Below the pieces are notes generated by a model. It made no database searches. It was not told the DNA's origin and saw only the letters and a list, made by a program, of their open reading frames with translations. Shown piece by piece: positions 9,857 through 18,731 of a stretch of 64,000 nucleotides of DNA. Source of the DNA: an uncultured delta proteobacterium (GTDB lineage: Bacteria; Desulfobacterota; RBG-13-43-22); the NCBI GenBank assembly GCA_963843145.1, contig CAWJJC010000027.1, positions 64,001 through 128,000 of the forward strand. Direction: 5' to 3'. The translations under genes and the position numbers were made by a program. Positions within the stretch are counted from its first letter, which is position 1; each line of letters begins with the position of its first letter.

Positions 9857-10807
9857 TCAATTATTGAAAATCAGTGGATACCAGATGGTATAGAGGCATT
9901 TGAAGTAACCGCTCCAGTCAATCGTATCGGCGTCGACGGCCTTTACCAGTTTAATCGCCAAATCCTTGGTGTCGGGGCGGATACGGAGTATGAATTCACT
10001 CATCCCGATCGGATTGGCGGGGTTTCCCCAATCATAGGTGTACCCCAACCGGGTCCACGGGTCTCCCCAGCCGCTCGGGTCTTCACCCTCGCGATGGTAG
10101 ATGGTCTCGGCCCGATCCATAAACCATTGTTTGAAGGTTTTCGGGGGCAGCCAGGAGGCCTCCAAAAAAAGCGCGGTGTCGTTGATTTGGATAAAAGGAT
10201 TGCCGTCCTGGGGAAAGGTCCAGTTTCCTGGCCCAATTTGTCTGGCCAGCATGGCTTCATGGTCGTTGGCTTCGGGGTCCGGACTGGGTCGAAAGAGATC
10301 GGAAGGGGAGACCCACATTTCCAGAAAGACATCGAAAGGATAGGCCGGGTTAAGGCCCATCAATTGGCGGACCCGTTCTTTGGTGGGGGGACAGGTTTGC
10401 CCCATGAAAAAATTTTTAAGCTCCGGGACGACGGTGACCCAGAGGCTTTTGGTCAGATGATATTCCGGATCGTTCAGGTGGGAGGCGTAGTAATTCTGGT
10501 AGCTGGCCCGGGACATAAAGGCGCCCACCAGGATACGGGATTGTCCTGGCACGCCTTCCCAAACGATTTCCCCGCCGTGTAACCGTTCATGATTGATCGG
10601 GTCCCAACTTGGAAGAACGGCCAGGAGCTTCGTGCTGATTTTATCCTGGCTGGCGGTTTCCGTTGCCGCCAGAGCGTCGTAATAAGCCTTTTTATCGGCC
10701 GGGGAGACTTCCAGGCCCCAGACCGGTGTGAGAAGAATCCCCGTCAGCCAAAAAAAGAAGCCCAAGAGGAGCATTCCTCTTGAACTACACTTAAAGCGGG
10801 TCGCCAT
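9857..10807 (-). CDS. Exported hypothetical protein ending in a YLP-like motif
   Basis: Signal peptide, GAGG RBS, PWTRLGYTYDWG block, C-terminus YTIWYPLIFNN. Confidence 0.75.
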   Translation of the reverse strand: MATRFKCSSRGMLLLGFFFWLTGILLTPVWGLEVSPADKKAYYDALAATETASQDKISTKLLAVLPSWDPINHERLHGGEIVWEGVPGQSRILVGAFMSRASYQNYYASHLNDPEYHLTKSLWVTVVPELKNFFMGQTCPPTKERVRQLMGLNPAYPFDVFLEMWVSPSDLFRPSPDPEANDHEAMLARQIGPGNWTFPQDGNPFIQINDTALFLEASWLPPKTFKQWFMDRAETIYHREGEDPSGWGDPWTRLGYTYDWGNPANPIGMSEFILRIRPDTKDLAIKLVKAVDADTIDWSGYFKCLYTIWYPLIFNN

Positions 10808-10976
10808 ATCCTTTTCCTCCTAGAAGATCCCGAACTGGTTTTTCTGCCTGATAGTATATCGGCAGAAAGGGCTTGAGGTTTAGAAACCGCTCCTGAGGGG
10901 CAAGGCCACGATTCAAAGGGCAAAAAATGGAGAAAGAAACGGCCATATCTGGTCTAATTCTCAACTTTTTTTCTTC

Positions 10977-11006
10977 TTGACCCTCGTTTCCTTCTCATTA
11001 TATGAT
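10977..11006 (+). promoter_or_regulatory. Possible sigma70 promoter of the dndC-SBD-HNH gene
   Basis: TTGACC-18 nt-TATGAT in an AT-rich region about 70 nt before the start. Confidence 0.35.
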
Positions 11007-11064
11007 TCCACAGAAAAATGAAATATTTATCAAAAACGCTTTTCATCTCCATAAGTAGAATGGG

Positions 11065-13287
11065 TTGCTAAAACTTATGACTTATAGAGATATCAGAGAT
11101 TTCCTAAGCCAGCTTTACTTGGAGGACGACCGTCCGTGGCTGGTGGGGTTCAGTGGCGGCAAGGACAGTACCATGCTTGCATCACTGGTGTTTAACGCCG
11201 TCCTATCCGTCCCTGATGGGCAACGAAAAAAACCAGTATCCGTTCTCTGCACCAACACGGGCGTAGAAATCCCGGCAATTGTTGAAATGGTCGAAGGCAC
11301 GTTGGCGCGGATGCGCAAGTTTTCTCAACAGAACGACCTTAATATCCAGGTCAACCTTCTTAAGCCGCCGCCCGAACAATCATTTTGGGTGAACGTCATC
11401 GGTCGTGGTTACCCGCCACCTAACCGGACCTTCCGCTGGTGCACGCAGCGCCTGAAGATTGACCCTGTCAACGTCTTCATGAACCAGCGGCTCGGTCATT
11501 GGGGGGAAGCAATCCTGCACCTGGGTGCCCGTCGGGCAGAAAGTACCACCCGGGCACAAACGATGGCAGGTCGCCAAACCCGCAAAGGCCTTATTCGTCA
11601 CCCCGACCTGCCGCGCGTCTGGGTGTCCAACCCAATCGAATTCCTTACCACTGAGGAAGTATGGGCATACCTATTACAGAAATCCACCCCTTGGGGAAAC
11701 GATAATCGATCACTTTATAAGCTCTACAACAATGCCTCCAACGGGGAATGTCCTATACAGATTGATACCAGCACCCCGGCCTGCGGTCACTCCCGCTTCG
11801 GCTGTTGGACCTGCACCGTCGTTGACCGCGACAAAGCCAGCGAAGGCCTGCTCGCCGCTGGCGATGAACGGATGGAGCACTTGATTGAGTTTCGCGAAAC
11901 ACTCCTTGAATTCCGTAACCCCGATAATGGTTGGCGCGACATCCGGCGAATGAATGGGAATGATGGCCCCGGCCCACTTCGCATCAAAGGTCGTCGGGAA
12001 TTATTAAAACGCCTGCTTTACCTCCAGGAAAAAACGGGTTTGAAACTCATCACGCCGGAAGAACTCCTTCTTATTCAACAATTTTGGAAAGCAGCCCGAG
12101 ATCCCGATGATGGTCGGGGCGTTGCCCGCATTGTTAATAAACAAAGAGGTGTTGTCATGAACACGGACCTCAAAGAACTGAATCGGCTTCGTGAAATGGA
12201 AGAGGAAGTAACAAGAATGCTGTGTGTCCGCGCGGATACTTTACGCCGCATGCTTGCCAAGGTGGAAGAATACAGCGAAAGCCACCGTGCCCATGGACTG
12301 CCGGATGATCTTCTCAATATTTTAAAAGATGATCTTTATATAAATGCCGCTCAGGAAATAAATTCTCCTCACATTAACCCGATGGTCAACGACCAAGAGT
12401 ACTGGTTACATAAACTCGCAACGTTACGGATTGACCGTGCGCGGGGAAATCCGGCGCCCCACAAGCCACTTCTCCTGCTGGTCATTATCGAGATGGCAGA
12501 GAAGGGCGAGATCCAGAGCCGTGAAATTACTCTCTCTCCTGATTTTGCTTTCAGGTTCACTATGTATTGGTCTGTTGTAGCCCATCGTCGCAAGCAGCCA
12601 CCCGAAGTGCGGCTCCCTTTTCACCACCTTGGATCATCTGGAATATGGCAACCCTTCACGGCAGAAGGAAAACCTTCGCCAGATAAAAAATTGACCACAA
12701 TGATTAGACTTAACCCAGCATTCTTCGATTGTCTTGCTGATCAGAAATTTCGTGATCAAGCGCGAAGAGTACTGATTGAAACGGAACCATATTTCTTGCC
12801 TGAAGAAAGAGCAGCACTATACGGCGTGCTTAAGATCAAACCGACTGCACCCGAAATTCATGAAAACCAAGAATTGTACAAAAAAAGCGTTCAAAAGGGG
12901 CGCGACGCTCGCTTTCGAATTGAGGTGGTTCTCGCCTACAAACACACCTGTGGCCTTACAGGTTATAGGATGACCACTCTTGAGATGGAGAGCATTGTGG
13001 ATGCGGCGCATATTCAAGAGTTTCGTGACTCCAGCAACAATGATCCCCGCAACGGGATAGCACTTTCAAAGAATGCGCACTGGCAGTTTGATCGAGGTCT
13101 TTGGTCGTTGAACGATGATTACCGTGTTCTCGTGAACAGAGAAAAGTTTATCGAAGACGGAGTGCCGGGACAACGACTTGCAGATTTTGAGGGGAGAAGG
13201 ATTTTTTTACCAAGCGATCCAAAGTATTGGCCAGAGCACACTTATCTAGATTGGCATCGCAAGCGGCACGGTTTCCCACCAAGGTGA
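11065..13287 (+). CDS. dndC: DndC-type DNA phosphorothioation sulfurtransferase fused to an SBD sulfur-binding domain and an HNH endonuclease
   Basis: N-terminal part: WLVGFSGGKDS, NTGVE, GRGYPPP, FRWCTQRLKIDP, GARRAES, GECP, CGHSRFGCWTCTVV (DndC). C-terminal part: APHKPLLLL...PFHHL (SBD), then RFRIEVVLAY..CGLTG..DAAHI..RNGIAL..AHWQFDRG (HNH_2). Likely start is ATG 11077. Confidence 0.88.
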   Translation: MLKLMTYRDIRDFLSQLYLEDDRPWLVGFSGGKDSTMLASLVFNAVLSVPDGQRKKPVSVLCTNTGVEIPAIVEMVEGTLARMRKFSQQNDLNIQVNLLKPPPEQSFWVNVIGRGYPPPNRTFRWCTQRLKIDPVNVFMNQRLGHWGEAILHLGARRAESTTRAQTMAGRQTRKGLIRHPDLPRVWVSNPIEFLTTEEVWAYLLQKSTPWGNDNRSLYKLYNNASNGECPIQIDTSTPACGHSRFGCWTCTVVDRDKASEGLLAAGDERMEHLIEFRETLLEFRNPDNGWRDIRRMNGNDGPGPLRIKGRRELLKRLLYLQEKTGLKLITPEELLLIQQFWKAARDPDDGRGVARIVNKQRGVVMNTDLKELNRLREMEEEVTRMLCVRADTLRRMLAKVEEYSESHRAHGLPDDLLNILKDDLYINAAQEINSPHINPMVNDQEYWLHKLATLRIDRARGNPAPHKPLLLLVIIEMAEKGEIQSREITLSPDFAFRFTMYWSVVAHRRKQPPEVRLPFHHLGSSGIWQPFTAEGKPSPDKKLTTMIRLNPAFFDCLADQKFRDQARRVLIETEPYFLPEERAALYGVLKIKPTAPEIHENQELYKKSVQKGRDARFRIEVVLAYKHTCGLTGYRMTTLEMESIVDAAHIQEFRDSSNNDPRNGIALSKNAHWQFDRGLWSLNDDYRVLVNREKFIEDGVPGQRLADFEGRRIFLPSDPKYWPEHTYLDWHRKRHGFPPR

Positions 13288-13317
13288 TAGTTAATTCAAT
13301 CCCCCTGTAACCCTCTG

Positions 13318-14470
13318 TTACGGCGTGAATTCGCGGTCCCAGAGGGCATCGAGGAAAAGGCGGTAGGGGAGTATTCGGACTGCCCCCACCTGCCGCGGTC
13401 GATTCTCCAGACTGACACAGAGAAAAGCGCTTAAGGTTTTTCTCTTCCGCTAGGGCGTTCAGAGATTTAAGGTCCTGAATGGTTACGGTTTTCTTGGCTT
13501 TGATTTCTATGGCGGTGTGATCGCCCAGGATGAAATCGACCTCGAATCCTGAGTTGGAACGCCAATAGTTGACCGGCTCACCGGAGAGATAGTCCCGGTA
13601 ACTCAGCAGCTCATGAAGAATCCAGGTCTCAAAGGCAAGCCCGAACTCGGGTGTGCCTGGTTTGACCAAGCGGCCCTGTAAGGCTGAAGCTACGCCGACA
13701 TCGAAGAAATAGTACTTGGAAGACGTCAGTGGCTTACGTTTGTGGGAATGGCGCCAAGCCGGGACTTCGTGCAGGAGCAGGGTATCCTTTAATATTTCGA
13801 AATACTCATAGACCGTGGTGCGGGGTACTTGGGCATCATTGGAAACATTGGTGTAGTTGACGACCGTCGCATTACACAGAGCGGCTACGTGCAGGAATCG
13901 GCTGAAGGCGGGAACGTTTCGAGTCGCCCCTTCCGCAACGATTTCCTGTTGCAGATAGGTGCCGGTATACGCGTCCAGATCCGCTTGGGGATCGTCGGAG
14001 AAATAGACCGAAGGCAGTAAACCTCGGGCAATGGCCTTTCCCAGATCGAAACGCGTCCCCAATTCCCGATAGGTCAAGGGATGCAGGTATCGGGTACGAG
14101 CGCGACCACCGAGCAGGTTAACGCCACCTCGCCTCAATTTACGGGCACTGGAGCCTGTTAACAGAAATCGAATCCGTCGTTTCTCGATAAGGCGGTGGAC
14201 GGCGTGGAGAAGGTCAGGAAGAGGATGGACTTCTCAATAACCACTACCTTATTTTCTGGTGACAGTTGCTCTTCCAGAAGACCGGGATTTCGACTGAGGG
14301 CCAGGTAAACGGAACTATCGAGTAGATCGTACAATTGGATCCCGGAAAACAACCGGTGAATCAGGAAGGTCTTGCCGGTCTGACGTGGTCCGAAAAGAAA
14401 ATGTGATTTCGTTCCCATCCAGCCGACAAGGTCAGGAAGACGATTGATGGCCGGCGGCTCGTGGCCCTTT
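13318..14470 (-). pseudogene. AAA+ ATPase (AAA_14/DUF4143 family), two frameshifts
   Basis: GPRQTGKT Walker A, TGSSARKL, LLGGRA, KYYFFDVG, EVDFI..AIEIK. A base is missing in the Walker B codons (~14235) and there is an extra base at ~13423. The corrected frame ends LDALWDREFTP* at 13318. Start uncertain. Confidence 0.8.
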
Positions 14471-14571
14471 TTCAGGTTGTGACGCTTTATCGTCAAATAG
14501 TATGTCAAATGACGAAACCGTCGTCAATAAAAAACATCCAGGGGGACTGTTCAGGACTTTGGGCAAGTTGT

Positions 14572-15042
14572 TCACCGGTGATACTTCTCGCCGGCCTGAA
14601 CGGTCAGGTAGCGGTAGAGCTGTTCGCTGAAGAGCAGGGCGCTCATCTCATGGGTCAGGGTCAGGGAAGAAAGGGAAAGTACGTGATGGGCCTGGGTCAA
14701 CACCTGCGGGGAAAGGCCCAATGGGCCCCCAATACAAAAAAAGGCTTTTTTGATTCCCTGGCGCCCCAAATCGGTCAGAAAATCGAACCACTGTTCCGAG
14801 GCCAACGACTTTCCTCGTTGGTCTAAAGCCACCCGGTAGCCGTCGTCGGGGATTTTATCCAGTATCCTATCTCCCTCTTTCTGCCTGATCAAGGTCTCGT
14901 TGCAGCCGGTGCTGATTTTCTCTTCCTTAACCGGGATGACTGAAAATTCGGTGTAGCGGGTAATGCGCCGTCGGTAGAGGTCCATTCCCTCTACAATAAA
15001 AGGCGCCTTGATTTTTCCCACGGTGACCAGAATATACTTCAT
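14572..15042 (-). CDS. rlmH: 23S rRNA m3-pseudouridine1915 methyltransferase RlmH
   Basis: MKYILVTVGK, LDQRGK, FCIGGPLG, SLSSLTLTHEM, EQLYR, YHR. Start taken at ATG 15042. Confidence 0.93.
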   Translation of the reverse strand: MKYILVTVGKIKAPFIVEGMDLYRRRITRYTEFSVIPVKEEKISTGCNETLIRQKEGDRILDKIPDDGYRVALDQRGKSLASEQWFDFLTDLGRQGIKKAFFCIGGPLGLSPQVLTQAHHVLSLSSLTLTHEMSALLFSEQLYRYLTVQAGEKYHR

Positions 15043-15177
15043 GGTTGACCAATCCCGCCTAACGGCATAAAAAGGGAGTCCGGCTTTAGTACGAAAATAG
15101 ACTCTATGACCTGCAACACGGCCAATAAGCAATCATCAATTGATAATTAACAATGATTATTGCTATTAATATCCTGG

Positions 15178-16650
15178 TTACATTTTCAACAGCTTGGCCA
15201 CCTGAAGGGCGGCGGACTCGATAAACCGCCCGTATTCCCGGTCTGAACTGCCGGAGGGCAGGGGAGTGTTCACGCTGACCGGGTAATTTTGCAGCCTTTT
15301 TTGGGGATGAATCCCGAAGGCCGGAGGGAAACTGTTTTCAAAATACATATCCTGAAACCCCGAGAATTTGAGGGCATGGGCCGTGGCGTCCAGAATGGCC
15401 GTTTCCCGGCGGGTAATCTTTTTTTCCTTCAGGGCCTGCGCCAAGCCGGCCAGGCTCTCTCCGCCCTGGGTGCAGGCGATGTGCCCGTTGCGGTTGGCGG
15501 TCAGCATGGAGTCCATGATGGACTGTTCGCTGACCTCGACCACAAAGACCTTTTGACGATCCTGGGTTTGGTTGTATTGTTCCACCAGTTGAACTACTCG
15601 GGGCATGGATACCGGGTTGCCGATCATGGCGGCCTGAGCGACACTGGGTTTTACCTTAACCGGCCTAAAGACCCTTTTTTGGGGTGAAGGCTCCAGGTAA
15701 TAGCGGTAAACCGGGTTGGCGTGGCGTGATTGAACCCCGATAACCTTGGGCAAGGCCGAGATGAGTCCGTAGCGATACAGTTTTAGAAACCCGGAGAGGA
15801 TAGCGGTAATGTTGCCCGCGTTGCCGATGGGGACTAGTAAGACCAGCCCCTCCAGATGATAATTCAAGGCCTGGGCAATTTCAAAGGCATAGGACTCCTG
15901 CCCCAGTATCCGCCAGGCGTTTTTGGAATTTAACAGGGCCACCGGGTAATGGTCGGATAGGTACTCCACCACTTTCATGCAGTCGTCGAAGACCCCCGGG
16001 ATTTCAATGACCGTGGCCCCGCTGCCCAGGGGTTGGGACAATTGCTGGGGGGTAACCTTTCCCTGGGGTAATAAGACGGCGGAACGGACGGAATCTCCCA
16101 GATAGGCGGCATAGAGAGCGGCGGAGGCCGAAGTGTCTCCGGTCGAAGCGCAGATGGATAAAACCCCCTTCACCTTTTTTTCCTGAATGAGAAAGTTCAG
16201 ATAACTAAGGGCGCAGGCCATGCCCCGGTCTTTGAACGAGGCGCTGGGATTTTGACCGTCATTTTTGTAATAAAAATCCAGGCCGATCTCCCGGGTCAGA
16301 CCGGGATTGGCTTTGATGAGGGGGGTATGGCCTTCTCCCAGATAAAGGATGGCCGACAGGGGGATCACCGGGGCGATCAGCTCATGAAAACAAAAAATCC
16401 CTCGGAGCGCCGGTTCGGTTACCATGCGCCGATAATCGAATACCCTTTGCCAATGGGTCCCGGAGCGGGAGGTCAGCGCCCGATCGTCCCGGTTTTCAAT
16501 CAACAAAACCCCTCCGCAGGTTGGACAGGTGTACAGCAGCGTTTCGATGGCCTGATTCCCGCCGCAGTTTAAACAGTTATACTCCAATCGCCCGCCAACC
16601 TTCGGCAACAAATGGGGTTGTATTTTTTTTGGGAAGGCCTGAAGTTCCAT
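15178..16650 (-). CDS. thrC: Threonine synthase
   Basis: N-terminal CxxC pairs, LGEGHTPL, NPSASFKDRGM, ASTGDTSAS, VPIGNAGN. Confidence 0.92.
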   Translation of the reverse strand: MELQAFPKKIQPHLLPKVGGRLEYNCLNCGGNQAIETLLYTCPTCGGVLLIENRDDRALTSRSGTHWQRVFDYRRMVTEPALRGIFCFHELIAPVIPLSAILYLGEGHTPLIKANPGLTREIGLDFYYKNDGQNPSASFKDRGMACALSYLNFLIQEKKVKGVLSICASTGDTSASAALYAAYLGDSVRSAVLLPQGKVTPQQLSQPLGSGATVIEIPGVFDDCMKVVEYLSDHYPVALLNSKNAWRILGQESYAFEIAQALNYHLEGLVLLVPIGNAGNITAILSGFLKLYRYGLISALPKVIGVQSRHANPVYRYYLEPSPQKRVFRPVKVKPSVAQAAMIGNPVSMPRVVQLVEQYNQTQDRQKVFVVEVSEQSIMDSMLTANRNGHIACTQGGESLAGLAQALKEKKITRRETAILDATAHALKFSGFQDMYFENSFPPAFGIHPQKRLQNYPVSVNTPLPSGSSDREYGRFIESAALQVAKLLKM

Positions 16651-16967
16651 AAAGGCTCCTTTAAGTAGAACATTAAGTATTAATAATTAACAATTGATTA
16701 TTAATTATTAAGTTTGTGTTTAGGACAAAGCTGAAGGACTCACAAAAAGTCGATCAGATCAAGTTTTTCATTCTGAGCGATAGCTAAGGAGCAATTTTTA
16801 TCAGCTACTTGAGATATCTTTCATGGATTTTACCCTAAATATTCAGGTTTCGTTGGTCTTCGCCAGGGGTCTGGGCGTTTAGTCGAGATTATTTTTTTTT
16901 ATGATATTAGGGGCAAATAGGGTAGGGTGTCAAATTAAAATAAAAATACCGGGGATTATAAAGGATT

Positions 16968-17606
16968 ATGACAGTCAATAAAATTAACTTGAAAGCTATT
17001 TTATTTGATATGGATGGGGTTTTAGTGGATAGCATGAGTTATCACATGCAATCATGGAAGCAACTACTTGAAAATGATGGTATATTTATAACAGAAGGAT
17101 TTATCTACGAACATGAAGGTGCCATGGGACTGGATATCATCGAGAATTTGTTCCAGAAGACCGGGCGGCCCATCGATTCGAATCGGATCCTGGAAATCTA
17201 CGATCGGCAAAATCGAATCTTCCGGGAAGAGTACCTCAGTAAGGTCCGTCTTTATCCCGAGGCCTTGACTTTGATCGAGGGATTTCAACGGCAAGGATTG
17301 CGCCTGGGATTAGTGACCAGTTCCCGGATGAATCTGGTTGAACAAATATGGGCGGGCCATCGATACCGCGATTATTTTGAAACGATCGTCACCGCCGACG
17401 ATGTAAAACGGTTCAAACCAAATCCCGATCCTTACCTAAAGGCGTTGGAAAAATTGAAGCAGGATCCGGAAAGCTGCCTGGTCGTAGAAAATGCCCCGGC
17501 GGGCATCCAGTCGGCCAAGGCAGCCGGCCTGACCTGTTATGCCGTCGCCTCCACCTCTGCCCGCCCCCGTACCTCCGGGCCTCGGACCGTATTTTTCCCA
17601 GCTTAA
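16968..17606 (+). CDS. HAD-superfamily phosphatase (beta-PGM-like); C-terminus probably distorted by indels
   Basis: FDMDGVLVDS, VTSS, KPNPDPY, VENAPAGIQSA. Confidence 0.88.
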   Translation: MTVNKINLKAILFDMDGVLVDSMSYHMQSWKQLLENDGIFITEGFIYEHEGAMGLDIIENLFQKTGRPIDSNRILEIYDRQNRIFREEYLSKVRLYPEALTLIEGFQRQGLRLGLVTSSRMNLVEQIWAGHRYRDYFETIVTADDVKRFKPNPDPYLKALEKLKQDPESCLVVENAPAGIQSAKAAGLTCYAVASTSARPRTSGPRTVFFPA

Positions 17607-17698
17607 GGTCCTTGGCCGATCCATTTAATTTTGTTTTGACTATCTAAATGTCTGATAAGATATATTATGTAAACTAAATAGGAAAAAAATAAAAGGAA

Positions 17699-18730
17699 TT
17701 ATCTAAATATGGCTTCTACGAATTCCCGCGGGTTGAATGGCTGCAAATCGTCCACTTGTTCCCCTATCCCGATCTGAGAAATGGGAATCTTTAGTTCCTG
17801 GCTGATCCCCACCACAATCCCTCCCTTGGCGGTGCCGTCTAACTTTGTTAAAATAAGACCAGTGACCGCTATCGCCTCATTAAAGATCCTGGCTTGCGAA
17901 ATGGCATTCTGCCCCATAGTGGCATCCAGGACCAGTAAGGTCTGGTGAGGCCCTTCCGGGAATTCTTTTTGAATGGTTCGGTGAATCTTCTTTAATTCCT
18001 CCATTAAGTTCACTCGAGTGTGGAGTCGTCCGGCGGTATCGATCAGCACGATATCGATTCCCCGGGCTCTGGCTGCCTGAAGCGCGTCATAAACCACGGC
18101 GGAGGGATCCGAGCCTTCTTTCTGGCGAATGATTTCCGCTTGAGAGCGTTTGGCCCAGATCTCCAACTGTTCTCCAGCCGCTGCCCGGAAGGTATCCCCG
18201 GCTACCAGCATAACTTTTTTCCCGGCCATCCGGTATTGGTGCGCCAGTTTGCCGATCGTGGTGGTCTTGCCGACCCCGTTGACACCGATCACTAATATAA
18301 TTAAAGGCTTAGATACATGATTGCTGGGTGGAATCGTCGCTTCCAGAAAACGTAATATTTCCTCCTGGAGGGTTTCTCTGAGGCGTTCCGGGTTGTCCAA
18401 TTCCCGGCGTTTGACTTTTTGCTGGACCAAAGCGATCAGCGCCTGGGTGGTATCGACCCCTAAATCCGAGGTGATTAGAATCTCTTCCAGTTCGTCCAAC
18501 AGATCGTCATCAATCTCTTTTTTCCCCAGAACCAATTGATCGACTCGTCCGACAAACGATTCCCGGGTCTTGGTTAAACGTTCCTTAAGTCGGTGAAAAA
18601 ATCCCTGGCGATTCCCCTGGGGCTCTTCAGCTTGACTTATTGCTTCCCCGGAGGCCGGGTTCTTTTCGGACGATCCGTTGGGTAAACCCTCCGGAAGTTC
18701 ATCTTCTTTCTTGTGAAACCATTTCAACAT
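17699..18730 (-). CDS. ftsY: SRP receptor FtsY
   Basis: GVNGVGKTTTIGKLA, DTFRAAA, DTAGR, TKLDGTAKGG. Confidence 0.96.
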   Translation of the reverse strand: MLKWFHKKEDELPEGLPNGSSEKNPASGEAISQAEEPQGNRQGFFHRLKERLTKTRESFVGRVDQLVLGKKEIDDDLLDELEEILITSDLGVDTTQALIALVQQKVKRRELDNPERLRETLQEEILRFLEATIPPSNHVSKPLIILVIGVNGVGKTTTIGKLAHQYRMAGKKVMLVAGDTFRAAAGEQLEIWAKRSQAEIIRQKEGSDPSAVVYDALQAARARGIDIVLIDTAGRLHTRVNLMEELKKIHRTIQKEFPEGPHQTLLVLDATMGQNAISQARIFNEAIAVTGLILTKLDGTAKGGIVVGISQELKIPISQIGIGEQVDDLQPFNPREFVEAIFR

Positions 18731-18731
18731 A

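Noticed and set aside
13148-13317. Overlap of the AAA+ ORF with the HNH 3' end
   Set aside because: This is an artefact of the frameshift at ~13423. The corrected gene stops at 13318.
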